A model generated the notes under the pieces. That model did no database searches. It saw only the letters and a list, made by a program, of their open reading frames with translations, and was not told the origin of the DNA. Positions 63,674-64,000 of a stretch of 64,000 nt of DNA are shown piece after piece. The position numbers and the translations under genes are program-made. Every line of letters begins with the position of its first letter. The first letter of the stretch is position 1. The DNA comes from a virus. The DNA lies in IMG/VR virus record IMGVR_UViG_3300043419_002186, positions 1 to 64,000 of that record; one strand, given 5' to 3'.

Positions 63674-64000
63674 CACTTCGTCTCTTTCGACGCGCACGAC
63701 GGCGCGGTGTTGTAGTTCGCCTGCATGAAGGCGGTGCCAGCCATGAAGCCGATGAAGATTCCGAGAACCAGTGCGCCAACCACGTCTCGAACGGGGCCGG
63801 GGTCGCTCATCGCATCCCCCTCGCCGCCGCGATGGCGGCGGACTTGGCCTTGTCCAGCGTGGGCTGGTGGCCCTCTTCATCCAGCGTGCTGAAGACGCGC
63901 CAGTAGAATCGCGTGCCTCCCTTGTCCCATGCCTCAACATGGACAGCTCGGTCGCCAATCATCGTGTCCCACCAGTGCTTGCCTTCGTAGTTCTCGCCCT

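Overview
This window is part of a GC-rich (roughly two-thirds G+C) bacterial virus genome with two opposed arms. The + arm (1-32.2 kb) is a virion/lysis module. It has no recognisable terminase, portal, HK97 capsid or tail genes. It does have three tandem ~200-aa beta-rich capsid-like genes, many small membrane-anchored and Lys/Cys-rich proteins, two duplicated fibre/beta-helix cassettes, two muralytic enzymes, a thioredoxin and two HNH-AP2 endonucleases, which suggests a tailless, membrane-containing virus. The - arm (32.2-64 kb) holds a Cre-like recombinase, an early operon (ParB-like, MoxR AAA + VWA, divergent beta-clamp, P-loop kinase), a ~1.4-kb non-coding region, a Rad50-like ATPase, a UDG-PolA fusion and a Cas4-like/Sak4/SSB module. 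Main observations: (1) four covarying, circularly permuted twister-like ribozymes between consecutive early genes; (2) at least 43 exact copies of the palindrome GAATCGATTC, inside and between genes; (3) a YNMG-tetraloop hairpin immediately 5' of the SD of 12 early genes; (4) a fragment of the putative major capsid protein inside an early Zn-finger gene; (5) recurrent LxGxG/LAGA motifs in virion proteins; (6) two hairpin-array intergenic RNAs. All counts and alignments were made by eye, and family names come from motif recognition, not database searches.
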